A stretch of 36,701 nt of DNA. Origin: Candidatus Fervidifonticultor quintus. Lineage in GTDB: Bacteria > Sysuimicrobiota > Sysuimicrobiia > Sysuimicrobiales > Humicultoraceae. Position numbers and translations under genes: made by a program. The notes beneath the pieces were generated by a model. That model searched no databases and was not told the origin of the DNA. It worked only from the letters and a program-made list of their open reading frames with translations. Shown here piece by piece: positions 27,031 to 36,438 of this stretch. Within the stretch, counting starts at the first letter, position 1. The number at the start of each line of letters is the position of its first letter. The stretch covers positions 1 to 36,701 of the forward strand of contig JAVKIJ010000025.1 of assembly GCA_031459535.1 (NCBI GenBank). The letters are read 5' to 3'.

Positions 27031-27954
27031 ATGGGTGAGGTCATTGACGGACGGGCTATCGCCGACGAGATCAAGCGCGAGCTGACCGCCGAGGTTGCCC
27101 GCCTGACGGCCGAGGGCCGCGCGCCAGGCGTGGCCACACTGCTGGTGGGTGAAGATTACGGCGCGAAGATGTACCGCCGCCAGATCGAGCGGCTCGCCTC
27201 CGAGATCGGGGTCCTCTACCGCGACCTGACTCTCCCCGCGGAGGTGACCCTCGCGGAGGTCCTCGACGCCATGGCCTCGCTCAATCGCGATCCGCAGGTG
27301 CATGGCATCCTGCCACTGAGACCCCTGCCCAAGGGCGTCCCGGAAGGCCCGGTGCTGGAGGCCATGGATCCGGCCAAGGATATCGACGGTCTCCATCCCA
27401 TCAACGCCGGACGGATGGCGCTGGGTCAGGCCCTGGTGTACCCGGCAACCCCCTGGGCGTGCTATGTGCTGCTCGAGAGATACTTCGCGGGCAAGGGGCT
27501 GGATCCCAAGCAAGCCTTCGAGGGCAAAGATCTGGTGATTGTCGGGCGCAGCAACAGCGTGGGCAAGCCCGCGTACTTCCTGGCGCTGGAGCGCAACGCC
27601 ACGCCCACTACCGTCCACTCGTTCACGTTCCGGGCAGGGGTGCTGGCGGAGCACACGAGGCGCGCCGACATCCTCATCGTGGCCATGGGCAGGGCGGAGT
27701 TCATCACTGCCGACATGGTCAAGCCCGGCGCCATCGTGGTGGATGTCGGTGTCAACATGAAGCCGGTTCTGGACAGCGCGGGCCAGCCGGTGCTGGACGA
27801 CCGCGGTAACCCGAAGAAGACGACGGTGGGCGATGTCGCCTTCGACGAGGTACGCCAGGTCGCGGGCGCCATCACCCCCGTGCCGGGCGGCGTCGGGTCG
27901 GTCACCAATGTGCTGCTCATGCAGAACGTGGTTCGGGCCGCAGGAAGGGTCTGA
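27031..27954 (+). CDS. folD: Methylene-THF dehydrogenase (FolD family, probably monofunctional)
   Basis: IDGRAIA, KDIDG.HP.N, PATP, VGRSNSVGKP, VVDVG.N, GDV, ITPVPGGVGSVT. Alternative start GTG 27022. Confidence 0.93.
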   Translation: MGEVIDGRAIADEIKRELTAEVARLTAEGRAPGVATLLVGEDYGAKMYRRQIERLASEIGVLYRDLTLPAEVTLAEVLDAMASLNRDPQVHGILPLRPLPKGVPEGPVLEAMDPAKDIDGLHPINAGRMALGQALVYPATPWACYVLLERYFAGKGLDPKQAFEGKDLVIVGRSNSVGKPAYFLALERNATPTTVHSFTFRAGVLAEHTRRADILIVAMGRAEFITADMVKPGAIVVDVGVNMKPVLDSAGQPVLDDRGNPKKTTVGDVAFDEVRQVAGAITPVPGGVGSVTNVLLMQNVVRAAGRV

Positions 27955-28003
27955 TGGTGGCTGCCGACCAGCATCGCATCTGGATACGGCCAGCGGAGAA
28001 CAC

Positions 28004-29989
28004 ATGACGCAAGTGGACAAACAAGTCATCCACGTAGACAGGCACGTCTTTGCACTTCCGCGGCTGGGGATTCCGCCCTGCCAAGCTGCTTGCCCGATTC
28101 ACCAGAACGCCCAGGGGTACATCGCCCTGGTATACGAGGGCAAGTTCGAGGAAGCGCTCAAGATGATCCTGCGGGACAATCCGCTCCCAGCGGTCTGCGG
28201 GCGCGTCTGCACCCATCCCTGCACCGTCGCATGCAGCCGTGCCACGGTCGACGAAGCCATCCACATTCCCGGTATCAAGCGATTTGTCGTCGACCATGTG
28301 CTGGCGCGTGGTGGCGACTACCAGTTGCCCCGACCCAGAAGGGAGCGCCCGGAGCGCGTCGCCATCGTCGGTAGCGGGCCGGCGGGTCTGATGTGCGCGT
28401 ATGAGCTGCGCCAGAGAGGATACCAGACCGTGGTGTTCGAGGCGCTGCCGATGGCCGGCGGGATGCTGGCGGTAGGCGTCCCGGAGTTCCGGTTGCCCCG
28501 GCGCGTGTTGCAGAGGGAGATCGGGAAACTCGAGGAGATCGGGGTCAGGATCAACCTGAACACGCCAGTCGGACCGCAGGGGATACCGCTGGAGCGGCTC
28601 AGGACGCAGTATGACGCAGTCTTTGTCGCCATCGGAGCTCATGTCGAACGTCGGCTGGAGGTGCCCGGGGAGGATCTACCGGGCGTCTGGGGCGGGCTCG
28701 AGTTCCTGAGGAGGATCAAGCTGGGCGAAGCGGTGGGCCCCCCCCTGGTCCTGGGTAGAAGGGTGTGCGTGATCGGTGGAGGCAACTCTGCCCTCGACGC
28801 CGCCCGCACGGCCCTGCGGGCCGGGGCGGAGGAGGTACGCCTCTTCTATAGGCGCACCCGGGCAGAGATGCCTGCTGACCCGGCCGAGATCGACGAAGCC
28901 CAGCGGGAGGGTGTCACGTTCGACTTTCTCGCCGCTCCCAAGGCCATCCTGGGCACCGAACGGGTCAGGGGGGTGGAATTCCTCAGGATGCAGTTGGGCC
29001 CACCTGATGAGTCAGGTCGGCCATCGCCAATTGCCATCCCCGGTTCTGAGTTCGTCGTCGACTGCGATGCAGTTATCGTTACCATCGGTCAGGTGCCGGA
29101 TCTCCAGCCCCTGGGAGAGCGGCTCGGCCTGCGGTCGACCCGGTGGGGGACCCTGGACGCCGACCCACTGACCCTCCAGACGAACGTGGAAGGCGTCTTT
29201 GCCGGAGGCGACTGCGTCAGCGGCCCGGACGTGATCGTGGCGGCCATGGCCGCGGGCAAGAAGGCCGCCATCTCCATCGACCGCTTCTTGAGTGGGCTGG
29301 ATCTTCGCCGCGTGGCCAGGGAACTGGTAGGCGGCAGCCCCGTCAAGGTCGAGACCCAGGGCATTCCCGCGCGGCCGCGGGTGCCGATGCCGGCCATCGA
29401 GTTGGGACGGCGCGGCGGATTCGAAGAGGTGCACACCGGCTACTGTGAGGAGCTGGCCCGGGCGGAGGCGAGCCGCTGCCTCGAGTGTGCCAGCGGCGGC
29501 GATCCGCTCGCCGAACCGCTGCCGCGCGAACTCGCGGCCATCCTGGAGCGCCACCGGGGCCGCGACGACGTGCTTGTGATCGTGCTGCAGCAGGTCCAGG
29601 CGCAGTACGGGTACCTTTCCGAGCGCGCCCTGCGATATGCCTCCAGGGAGCTAGACATTTCGCTGGCGCGCATGTACGGCGTGGCCACGTTCTACAACCA
29701 GTTCCGCTTCACCCCGCCGGGACGGGTCCAGCTGCAGGTGTGCTGCGGTACGGCCTGCCACGTCGGTGGCGCCCCTTCCATCCTGGAACGGCTCAAGGCC
29801 CACCTGCAGATCGCCGAGAACCAGACGACTCCGGACGGGGTCTTCACGCTCCAGACCGTCTTCTGCGTCGGGTGCTGCAGCCTGGCCCCCGTCGTCATCG
29901 CCAACGGGGCGGCACACGGCCGTATGACACCGGGGCGGGCAGAGAGCCTGGCGCGCGATCTACGAGCCGCGGAGGAGGGCCGTCAGTGA
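28004..29989 (+). CDS. Fusion of GltD/NfnB-like FAD/NADPH oxidoreductase with C-terminal NuoE/HydC-like [2Fe-2S] domain
   Basis: ATG 28004 with RBS GGAG. PCQAACP, CGRVCTHPC...C, VGSGPAG, GGGNSALD, YRRT...MPA, FAGGD, RCLEC; then NuoE-like YGYLS, VATFYNQF, VCCGTACH, FCVGCCSLAP. Confidence 0.88.
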   Translation: MTQVDKQVIHVDRHVFALPRLGIPPCQAACPIHQNAQGYIALVYEGKFEEALKMILRDNPLPAVCGRVCTHPCTVACSRATVDEAIHIPGIKRFVVDHVLARGGDYQLPRPRRERPERVAIVGSGPAGLMCAYELRQRGYQTVVFEALPMAGGMLAVGVPEFRLPRRVLQREIGKLEEIGVRINLNTPVGPQGIPLERLRTQYDAVFVAIGAHVERRLEVPGEDLPGVWGGLEFLRRIKLGEAVGPPLVLGRRVCVIGGGNSALDAARTALRAGAEEVRLFYRRTRAEMPADPAEIDEAQREGVTFDFLAAPKAILGTERVRGVEFLRMQLGPPDESGRPSPIAIPGSEFVVDCDAVIVTIGQVPDLQPLGERLGLRSTRWGTLDADPLTLQTNVEGVFAGGDCVSGPDVIVAAMAAGKKAAISIDRFLSGLDLRRVARELVGGSPVKVETQGIPARPRVPMPAIELGRRGGFEEVHTGYCEELARAEASRCLECASGGDPLAEPLPRELAAILERHRGRDDVLVIVLQQVQAQYGYLSERALRYASRELDISLARMYGVATFYNQFRFTPPGRVQLQVCCGTACHVGGAPSILERLKAHLQIAENQTTPDGVFTLQTVFCVGCCSLAPVVIANGAAHGRMTPGRAESLARDLRAAEEGRQ

Positions 29990-31587
29990 GAGCCACCGTG
30001 AGGGTCGGGACGTCTACCTGCGGCCTGGCAACCGGTGCCGAGGCGACGTACGTCGCGCTTCAGGAGGCGGCGTCGGATCTGGGGCTGGAGATATTTGTTC
30101 AGCGCACGGGATGCCTGGGCGCATGCCACCGCGAGCCGCTGGTCGAGATTGTCACAGACGGCGCGCACGTGCTGTATGGCCCTGTGACCGGGGATCGGGC
30201 GCGGCCACTGCTGGAAGGGCACTTCATGCTGCACGGAGCGTCTCCGCCGCCGCAGGAGTGGATCGTCAGCCGCACCGCCGACCGCCGCGACTATCCGTAC
30301 TTCGCCTCACAGATCAAAGTGACGACCAGGAACTGCGGGGCGATCGACCCGCGCTCGTTGGACGACTACCTGGCCGCCGGAGGGTACGAAGGGTTGAGGT
30401 GCGCGCTGGCCATATCCCCGGAGGCCGTGATCGACGAGGTCAAGCGGAGTAAGCTGCGCGGTCGCGGCGGGGCAGGCTTTCCCACCGGCGTCAAGTGGGA
30501 GATCTGCCGGCGTCAGCCCGATCCGATCCGGTATTTGGTGTGCAACGCGGATGAGGGCGATCCCGGCGCCTTCATGGACCGGACGGTCATCGAGGGCGAC
30601 CCCCACCGGGTCCTGGAGGGCATGGCCATCGCGGCCCACGCCATCGGCGCCCACCTGGGGTACGTCTACGTCCGAGCGGAGTACCCACTGGCCGTCCGGC
30701 ACCTGGAGGCGGCAATCGAGCAGGCCCGCGAGGCAGGCTACCTCGGGACCAATATTCTCGGCTCCGGCCTGAACTTCGATGTCATCGTGAGAGAAGGAGC
30801 AGGAGCGTTTGTCTGCGGCGAGGAGACAGCCCTCATGCAGTCCATCGAGGGTAAGCGTGGCGTGCCGCGGATGCGTCCGCCGTACCCCGCAGAGTCGGGC
30901 TTGTGGGGGCACCCCACCAACATCAACAATGTGGAGACCTACGCCAGCATTCCCGACATCATGACGAGGGGTGGGGAGTGGTTTGCGGGCCTGGGGACGG
31001 CTGACAGTGGCGGGACCAAGACGTTCGCGCTTACCGGCGCGGTCAGGCTCACCGGTCTGATCGAGGTCCCCATCGGGATCACGCTGCGGGACGTTATCTT
31101 TGGGATCGGCGGCGGCATCCGGGAAGGCCGGTCCTTCAAGGCGGTGCAGATCGGCGGACCGTCCGGCGGCTGTTTATCCGCCTCACACCTGGACACGCCG
31201 GTGGACTACGGGCCGTTGAGAGCCACGGGTGCCATCATGGGGTCGGGCGGCATGGTCGTGGTGGACGACCACACCTGCATGGTGGACCTGGCGCGTTATT
31301 TCCTGCAGTTCACCCAGAGCGAGTCGTGCGGGAAGTGCGTCCCGTGCCGGATCGGGACACGCAAGATGCTGGGCATCCTCACCCGCATCACCCGCGGGGA
31401 AGGCCGGGCCGACGACATCGAGCGCCTGGAACAGGTGGCGCAGACCGTTCGTACCGCGTCGTTGTGCGGCCTGGGCCTGACCGCGCCCAATCCGGTGCTG
31501 ACCACTCTTCGCTACTTCAGACATGAGTACGAAGCGCATGTTCATGACCGGACGTGCCCAGCCGGCGCGTGCGCCGGCTCGAGGTGA
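29986..31587 (+). CDS. nuoF: NuoF/HydB-like FMN/NADH-binding subunit lacking the C-terminal ferredoxin domain
   Basis: GTG 29986 (GTGA overlap). N-terminal thioredoxin-like domain (TCG...GCLGACHREP), RGRGGAGFPTG, CNADEGDPGAFMDR, FVCGEETAL, GGPSGG, ESCGKCVPCR...SLCGLG; ends CPAGACAGSR. Confidence 0.9.
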   Translation: MRATVRVGTSTCGLATGAEATYVALQEAASDLGLEIFVQRTGCLGACHREPLVEIVTDGAHVLYGPVTGDRARPLLEGHFMLHGASPPPQEWIVSRTADRRDYPYFASQIKVTTRNCGAIDPRSLDDYLAAGGYEGLRCALAISPEAVIDEVKRSKLRGRGGAGFPTGVKWEICRRQPDPIRYLVCNADEGDPGAFMDRTVIEGDPHRVLEGMAIAAHAIGAHLGYVYVRAEYPLAVRHLEAAIEQAREAGYLGTNILGSGLNFDVIVREGAGAFVCGEETALMQSIEGKRGVPRMRPPYPAESGLWGHPTNINNVETYASIPDIMTRGGEWFAGLGTADSGGTKTFALTGAVRLTGLIEVPIGITLRDVIFGIGGGIREGRSFKAVQIGGPSGGCLSASHLDTPVDYGPLRATGAIMGSGGMVVVDDHTCMVDLARYFLQFTQSESCGKCVPCRIGTRKMLGILTRITRGEGRADDIERLEQVAQTVRTASLCGLGLTAPNPVLTTLRYFRHEYEAHVHDRTCPAGACAGSR

Positions 31588-31597
31588 GGTGGTGGCG

Positions 31598-34507
31598 ATG
31601 GTGACCCTGGTCATCGACGGGAAGATCGTGACCGCCCCCGCGCGGTCCACCGTGCTGGACGCCGCGCTTGCCGCCGGGATCGACATCCCCCGCCTGTGCC
31701 ACCATCCGGACCTGACCCCCTGGGGCGGGTGCCGCCTGTGTCTCGTCGAGGTCGAGGGGCAGCCCGCACCAGTGCCCTCGTGCGGCCTGGTGGTCCGCGA
31801 TGGTCTGGTGGTCACCACGCGCAGCGAGCAACTGACCCAGCTGCGCCGCGAGGTCCTGGATTTCCTGCTGTCCGATCACCCGCTGGACTGCGTGGTCTGC
31901 GAGAAGGCGGGCCGGTGCCAGTTGCAGCGGTACGCCTACGAGTTCGGCCTGAAGGAGAGCACCCACGAGAAGGAGATTTCACGTACGCTCTACCAGGACG
32001 ACAACAAGTTCTTCGTCCGTGATCACCAGTACTGCATTGCCTGCACCCGCTGTGTCCGTGTGTGTGACGAGATCGTGGGTGCCAGCGCCATCGAGATGGC
32101 GCAGCGCGGCTTCACCGCGTATGTCGCGACGCCCTTTGACCTCCCGTTGGCCGACGGGCCCTGCACGTTTTGCGGAAACTGCGTGCAGGTCTGTCCCACG
32201 GCTGCTCTGATGCCCCTGAGCCGCCTTGGCCAGGGTCGCGAATGGGATCTGACCCAGACCCGCACCATCTGCCCCTACTGCGGTACAGGGTGCGGGATCG
32301 AGGTGGCCACGCGCAACGGCCAGATTGTGGCGGTCTGGGGCTATCCCGCAGCCACGGTCAACGGCGAGTTCCTCTGCACCAAGGGCCGGTTCGGCCTGGA
32401 CTACGTGACGCATCCTCACCGCTTGCGGCGGCCGTACATCCGGCGCGATGTGGCCCGTGAGCTCGGCCTGACCCAGGATCCACCGCCGCCGATGCTGGAC
32501 CGTTCCCCGCTTATCCGCCCTGCCGGGCTTTCGGGCACCCACATGGAAGTGGACTGGGATGTCGCGCTGGACCTGGTGGCCGATCGGCTGGCACGAATCG
32601 TGCGGGAGTCGGGGCCTGACGCCGTCGCCGGCATCGGTTCGGCGCTGGCCAGCAACGAGGACAACTACGTGTTCCAGAAGCTGATGCGGGGGGCGATCGG
32701 GACCAACAACGTTGACCTCTGCGCCCGTCTCTGACACGCACCTTCGGTGGCCGGTCTGGCCGCCGCCTTCGGAAGTGGGGCCACGACGAACAGCATCCGC
32801 GAGATCCGCGATGCCGACTGCATTCTGGTCATCGGGTCCAATACCGGTGAGGCGCACCCTGTGGTATCCTACGAGGTTGTTCGCGCCGTGAGGCGCGGGG
32901 CGACCCTGATCGTGATCGATCCGCGGCGGATCAGCCTGGTCCGGCACGCCGCGATGCATCTGCGTCCGGCACCCGGCGCCGACCATGCCCTCTACCTGGG
33001 TATGCTGCACGCCATCGTCGCCAACGGCTGGCACGATCCGCTGTTTATCGCGGAGCGCACCGAGGGGTTCGAGGATCTGGTGACATCGCTCCGGGCGTGG
33101 ACCCCTGAGGCTGCCAGCGCCCGCTGTGGGGTGCCCTCCGCACAGATCGTCGAGGCCGCCCGGTGCTACGCCTGGGGGTTGCGCCGCGCGGCCGCCAGCC
33201 AGGGTGCGGTCCCCTCGCAGCGGGGCGCCTCGACCATTCTCTACGGCATGGGCATCACCGAGCGCTCCAACGGCACCGAGCTGGTCAAGACCCTGGCGAA
33301 TCTGGTGATGGTCGCGGGACACGTCGGCCGGCCGTCCACCGGTATCTACCCCCTGCGCGGCCAGAGCAACGTCCAGGGCGGGTGCGACATGGGGTCGCTG
33401 CCCAACGTCTATCCAGGCTACCAGCGGGTGGAGGATCCCGAGGTGCGCGCCAGGTTTGCCCGCGCGTGGGCCCGTCCGCGCGCGAAGCCGCCCGAGCTCC
33501 CGACCAACCGTGGACTCACCTTCGTGGAAATGATCAAGGCGGCGGCCGAGGGGCGGATCAGGGCCATGTACATCATGGGGCAGAACACCGTGATGACCAA
33601 TCCTGACGCCGGCCTTTCCGAGCGAGCTCTGCGCGCGCTGGACTTTCTGGTGGTCCAGGAGATCTTCCCGACCGAGACCGCGCAACTGGCGCACGTGGTC
33701 CTCCCCGCTGCCTCCTTCGCCGAGAAGTCCGGGACGTTCGTCAACCTGGAGCGCCGGTTCCAACTGCTGCGGCCGGTACTCCCGCCGCCGGGGCAGGCGC
33801 GGCCCGACTGGCAGATCCTGTGCCAGGTCGGCGCGCGCCTCGGTCGGCGCCTGCGCCGGGCGCTGCGCTGGGAGTACGGATCGGCGGCCGAGATCATGGA
33901 CGAGATTGCCCGCCTGTGCCCGTCGTATGCCGGCATCAGTCACGCGCGGCTCGAGGCGGGCGGGATCCAGTGGCCGTGCCCATCGCCGACGCATCCTGGG
34001 ACGCCGATCATGCACGGCGGGCAATTCGTGCGCGGCCGAGGCCGGTTCCATGTGACGGCGCCAGCGCCTCCGTTCGAGCCCACCGATGCCGAGTATCCTC
34101 TGGCACTGTCCACGGGGCGGATTCTCTTCCACTACAACGGTGGGCCCATGACCCGGCGGTCGGTACCCCTTGATTGGCGAGAGCCGAGGGCCTATGTCGA
34201 AGTCAATCCGCTCGACGCCGAGCGCGCGGGCGTGCGGGACGGCCGGCCCTGTCTGGTCCGGGGCCGGCGCGGGAGCGTGAGGGTGCAGGCGCGGGTCAGC
34301 GATGTGGTGCCGCCCGGGATGGTCTATATGCCGTTCCACTTCCGCGAGGCAGCCGCGAACATCCTGACCCACGCCGACGGACTCGATGCCGGAGCCAAGA
34401 CGCCGGAGTACAAGTTCTGCGCGGTCAGGCTGGAGCCCGTCCAGGGCGGGCGGGAAGCGCTCGGCCGTGAGGGTGGGACCGAGACCGCAGCGGCTGCGGG
34501 CAGATAA
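31598..34507 (+). CDS. fdhA: Selenocysteine-containing Mo/W formate dehydrogenase alpha subunit with NuoG-like N-terminal Fe-S domains
   Basis: The two track ORFs are in one frame, joined by TGA 32732-32734 in NNVDLCARL-U-HAPS. Catalytic Arg in PLRGQSNVQG; CPYCGTGC; N-terminal [2Fe-2S], HPLDC..C.....C and 2x[4Fe-4S]; C-terminal KTPEYK. Confidence 0.93.
32745..32765 (+). promoter_or_regulatory. Bacterial SECIS element
   Basis: CGGTGGCC-GGTCT-GGCCGCCG hairpin starting ~11 nt after the UGA, with apical GGUC as in the E. coli fdhF SECIS. Confidence 0.8.
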
Positions 34508-34544
34508 TCGGGCGGCGGGCCTGCCGCCGGGGTGACACGCAGTC

Positions 34545-36437
34545 GTGCGGCTGCACCTCAAGATCTCCCTGTGGACGATCGGCATCCTCCTGGTCGTCGG
34601 AGGCGTGGCGATCTATGCCCTCAACGCCTTCCAGCGGCGGGCTGCCCACGGGCAGATCCAGCACATGGCGCAGCTGCTCACGTCCACTATCCTCAACAGC
34701 CTCGAGATCACCATGATCCACAACAACCAGGAGGAGATGCGCGAGATCATCCGGTTGGTGAAGCGCGAAGAGACCCTCCGGGACGTGACCATCTACTCCC
34801 GGAACGGCAGTGTCTGGGTGACCGCGGGACCCGACCGGATCGTGCGCTCGTGCGAAGCTGAGGCGTTGCACCAGGCCATCGCCACCCGACGATCGGTTAC
34901 GGTCGAGGACGCGTGCGCGGAAGAGATCGTGGTGGTCACGCCGGTCTTGAACAAGTCCCCCTGCCAGCAGTGCCACGCCGCCGACCCCCAGGTCCTGGGC
35001 GCCATCGGCGTGTCCCTGTGGACCGCGCACGTGACGCCCGAACTCCAACGGAGCGTCCGGTGGCTGGCCGTGCTGGTGGGATTCAGTATCCTGCTGGCCC
35101 TGGGGACGCTGAACCTGCTGCTGGGCCGGGCGGTGCTGGATCCGCTCTCCGCCCTGGTGACCACGGTGCGCCGCGTGGCCGGCGGTGAGTATCAGGCGCG
35201 GGCCGAGGTGCGGGGAGGCGACGAACTGGCGGTCCTGGCCCGGTCGGTCAACGAGATGGCCGAGCGCATCGAACACTACACGGCCGGGCTCACCACCCAG
35301 ATCGGCGATCTCACCGGGCGGCTGGCCAGCCTGGGCATCTTTGGCCGCGCCCTGACCGAGGCGTCGGATCTGTCGGCCGCCATGGAGGAGATGACCCACG
35401 GCCTGCGGGACGTGCTGCGCGCCGACCTGGCGGCCATCTACCTGACCGACGGCGGCATGTTGTGCCTGGCCCACCGGTCCGGGAGCGGTGAGCTGCCACC
35501 GCGCGTGGCGGTCGGGGCCGGCGTGATCGGTCGGGCCGCGGCGCGCCGCCAGCCGGTCGGGGAACCTGAGTTTGAGCCCGCCCCCGGCTCTGCTGGCCCG
35601 ACGCTGGCCGTGCCCCTGGTGTTCAAGGACCGGGTGATGGGCGCCCTGGTGGTGGCGCGGCACGCCTGGTGGCCGTTCTCAGACGCCGATACCAGCCTGC
35701 TCGTGACCCTGTCGAACCAGCTCAGCATCGCCATGGAGAACGTGCGGCTGTTCCAGGAGGTCCGCGAGAAGGAGGCCCACCGCGGCGAGTTGCTCAGCAA
35801 GCTCATCACCGCCCATGAAGACGAGCGGCGGCGCATCGCGCGGGAGCTGCACGACGAGGTGAGCCAGTCGCTCACCGGGCTGATGATGACCATCACCGCA
35901 GCCGAGGGCGTCCACGACGAACAGGTGCTGAGGCAGCGCTTGACCGCAATCTACGCCGCCGCGGAGGCCACGCTGGAGGAAGTCCGCAAGATCATCCATG
36001 ATCTGCGGCCAACGGCGTTGGACGACCTGGGCTTGGTCTCGGCTGTGCGCGTACACGCCCGAAACATGCTGGAGGCCGCGGGCGTGCGGCTGACGTTCGA
36101 AGCGTCGGGATTCGGGCAGCGCCGCCTGCCGGCGGCGGTGGAGACCACTGTCTTCCGGGTCGCCCAGGAGGCCATCACCAATGTCGCGCGGCACGCCCGT
36201 GCCACAGCCGCGACCGTTGCGCTGCGCCTCGAGAACGGAACGCTCCACGTGCTGGTTGAAGACAATGGGAGAGGGTTCGACCCTCACCAGGTCCTCGGGC
36301 GGCGGGAGGATCGCCCGGTGGGGATCCTGGGCATGCAGGAGCGCGCCGCGCTCATTGGAGGCTCACTGGAAATCGACGCGCAGCCCGGGAGAGGGGCCAG
36401 GGTGCGGCTCGTGGTGCCGCTCAAGGAGATGGGGTGA
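34545..36437 (+). CDS. Membrane sensor histidine kinase (extracytoplasmic CxxCH domain, HAMP, GAF, HisKA_3, HATPase)
   Basis: Two TM helices flank a domain with PCQQCH (34962-34976). [35 protein letters not shown]-box [42 protein letters not shown]. Confidence 0.93.
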   Translation: MRLHLKISLWTIGILLVVGGVAIYALNAFQRRAAHGQIQHMAQLLTSTILNSLEITMIHNNQEEMREIIRLVKREETLRDVTIYSRNGSVWVTAGPDRIVRSCEAEALHQAIATRRSVTVEDACAEEIVVVTPVLNKSPCQQCHAADPQVLGAIGVSLWTAHVTPELQRSVRWLAVLVGFSILLALGTLNLLLGRAVLDPLSALVTTVRRVAGGEYQARAEVRGGDELAVLARSVNEMAERIEHYTAGLTTQIGDLTGRLASLGIFGRALTEASDLSAAMEEMTHGLRDVLRADLAAIYLTDGGMLCLAHRSGSGELPPRVAVGAGVIGRAAARRQPVGEPEFEPAPGSAGPTLAVPLVFKDRVMGALVVARHAWWPFSDADTSLLVTLSNQLSIAMENVRLFQEVREKEAHRGELLSKLITAHEDERRRIARELHDEVSQSLTGLMMTITAAEGVHDEQVLRQRLTAIYAAAEATLEEVRKIIHDLRPTALDDLGLVSAVRVHARNMLEAAGVRLTFEASGFGQRRLPAAVETTVFRVAQEAITNVARHARATAATVALRLENGTLHVLVEDNGRGFDPHQVLGRREDRPVGILGMQERAALIGGSLEIDAQPGRGARVRLVVPLKEMG

Positions 36438-36438
36438 G

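Noticed and set aside
29500-32300. Respiratory complex I (nuoEFG) or a hydrogenase
   Set aside because: No membrane nuo genes, H-cluster or NiFe motifs; the NuoG-like domain is the N-terminus of FdhA.
31523-34507. fdhA as two genes or a nonsense pseudogene
   Set aside because: The TGA sits exactly at the Sec/Cys ligand position, the frame continues, and a SECIS follows.
34511-34528. GC hairpin after fdhA as an intrinsic terminator
   Set aside because: The stem GGCGGC...GCCGCC has no U-tract and the next gene starts 17 nt later; at most a pause or stability element.
3683-34585. Long antisense and alternate-frame ORFs (e.g. 3683-5365, 5735-7642, 9510-11960, 31979-34585)
   Set aside because: Shadow ORFs of GC-rich coding sequence; no recognisable motifs, and they fully overlap well-supported genes.
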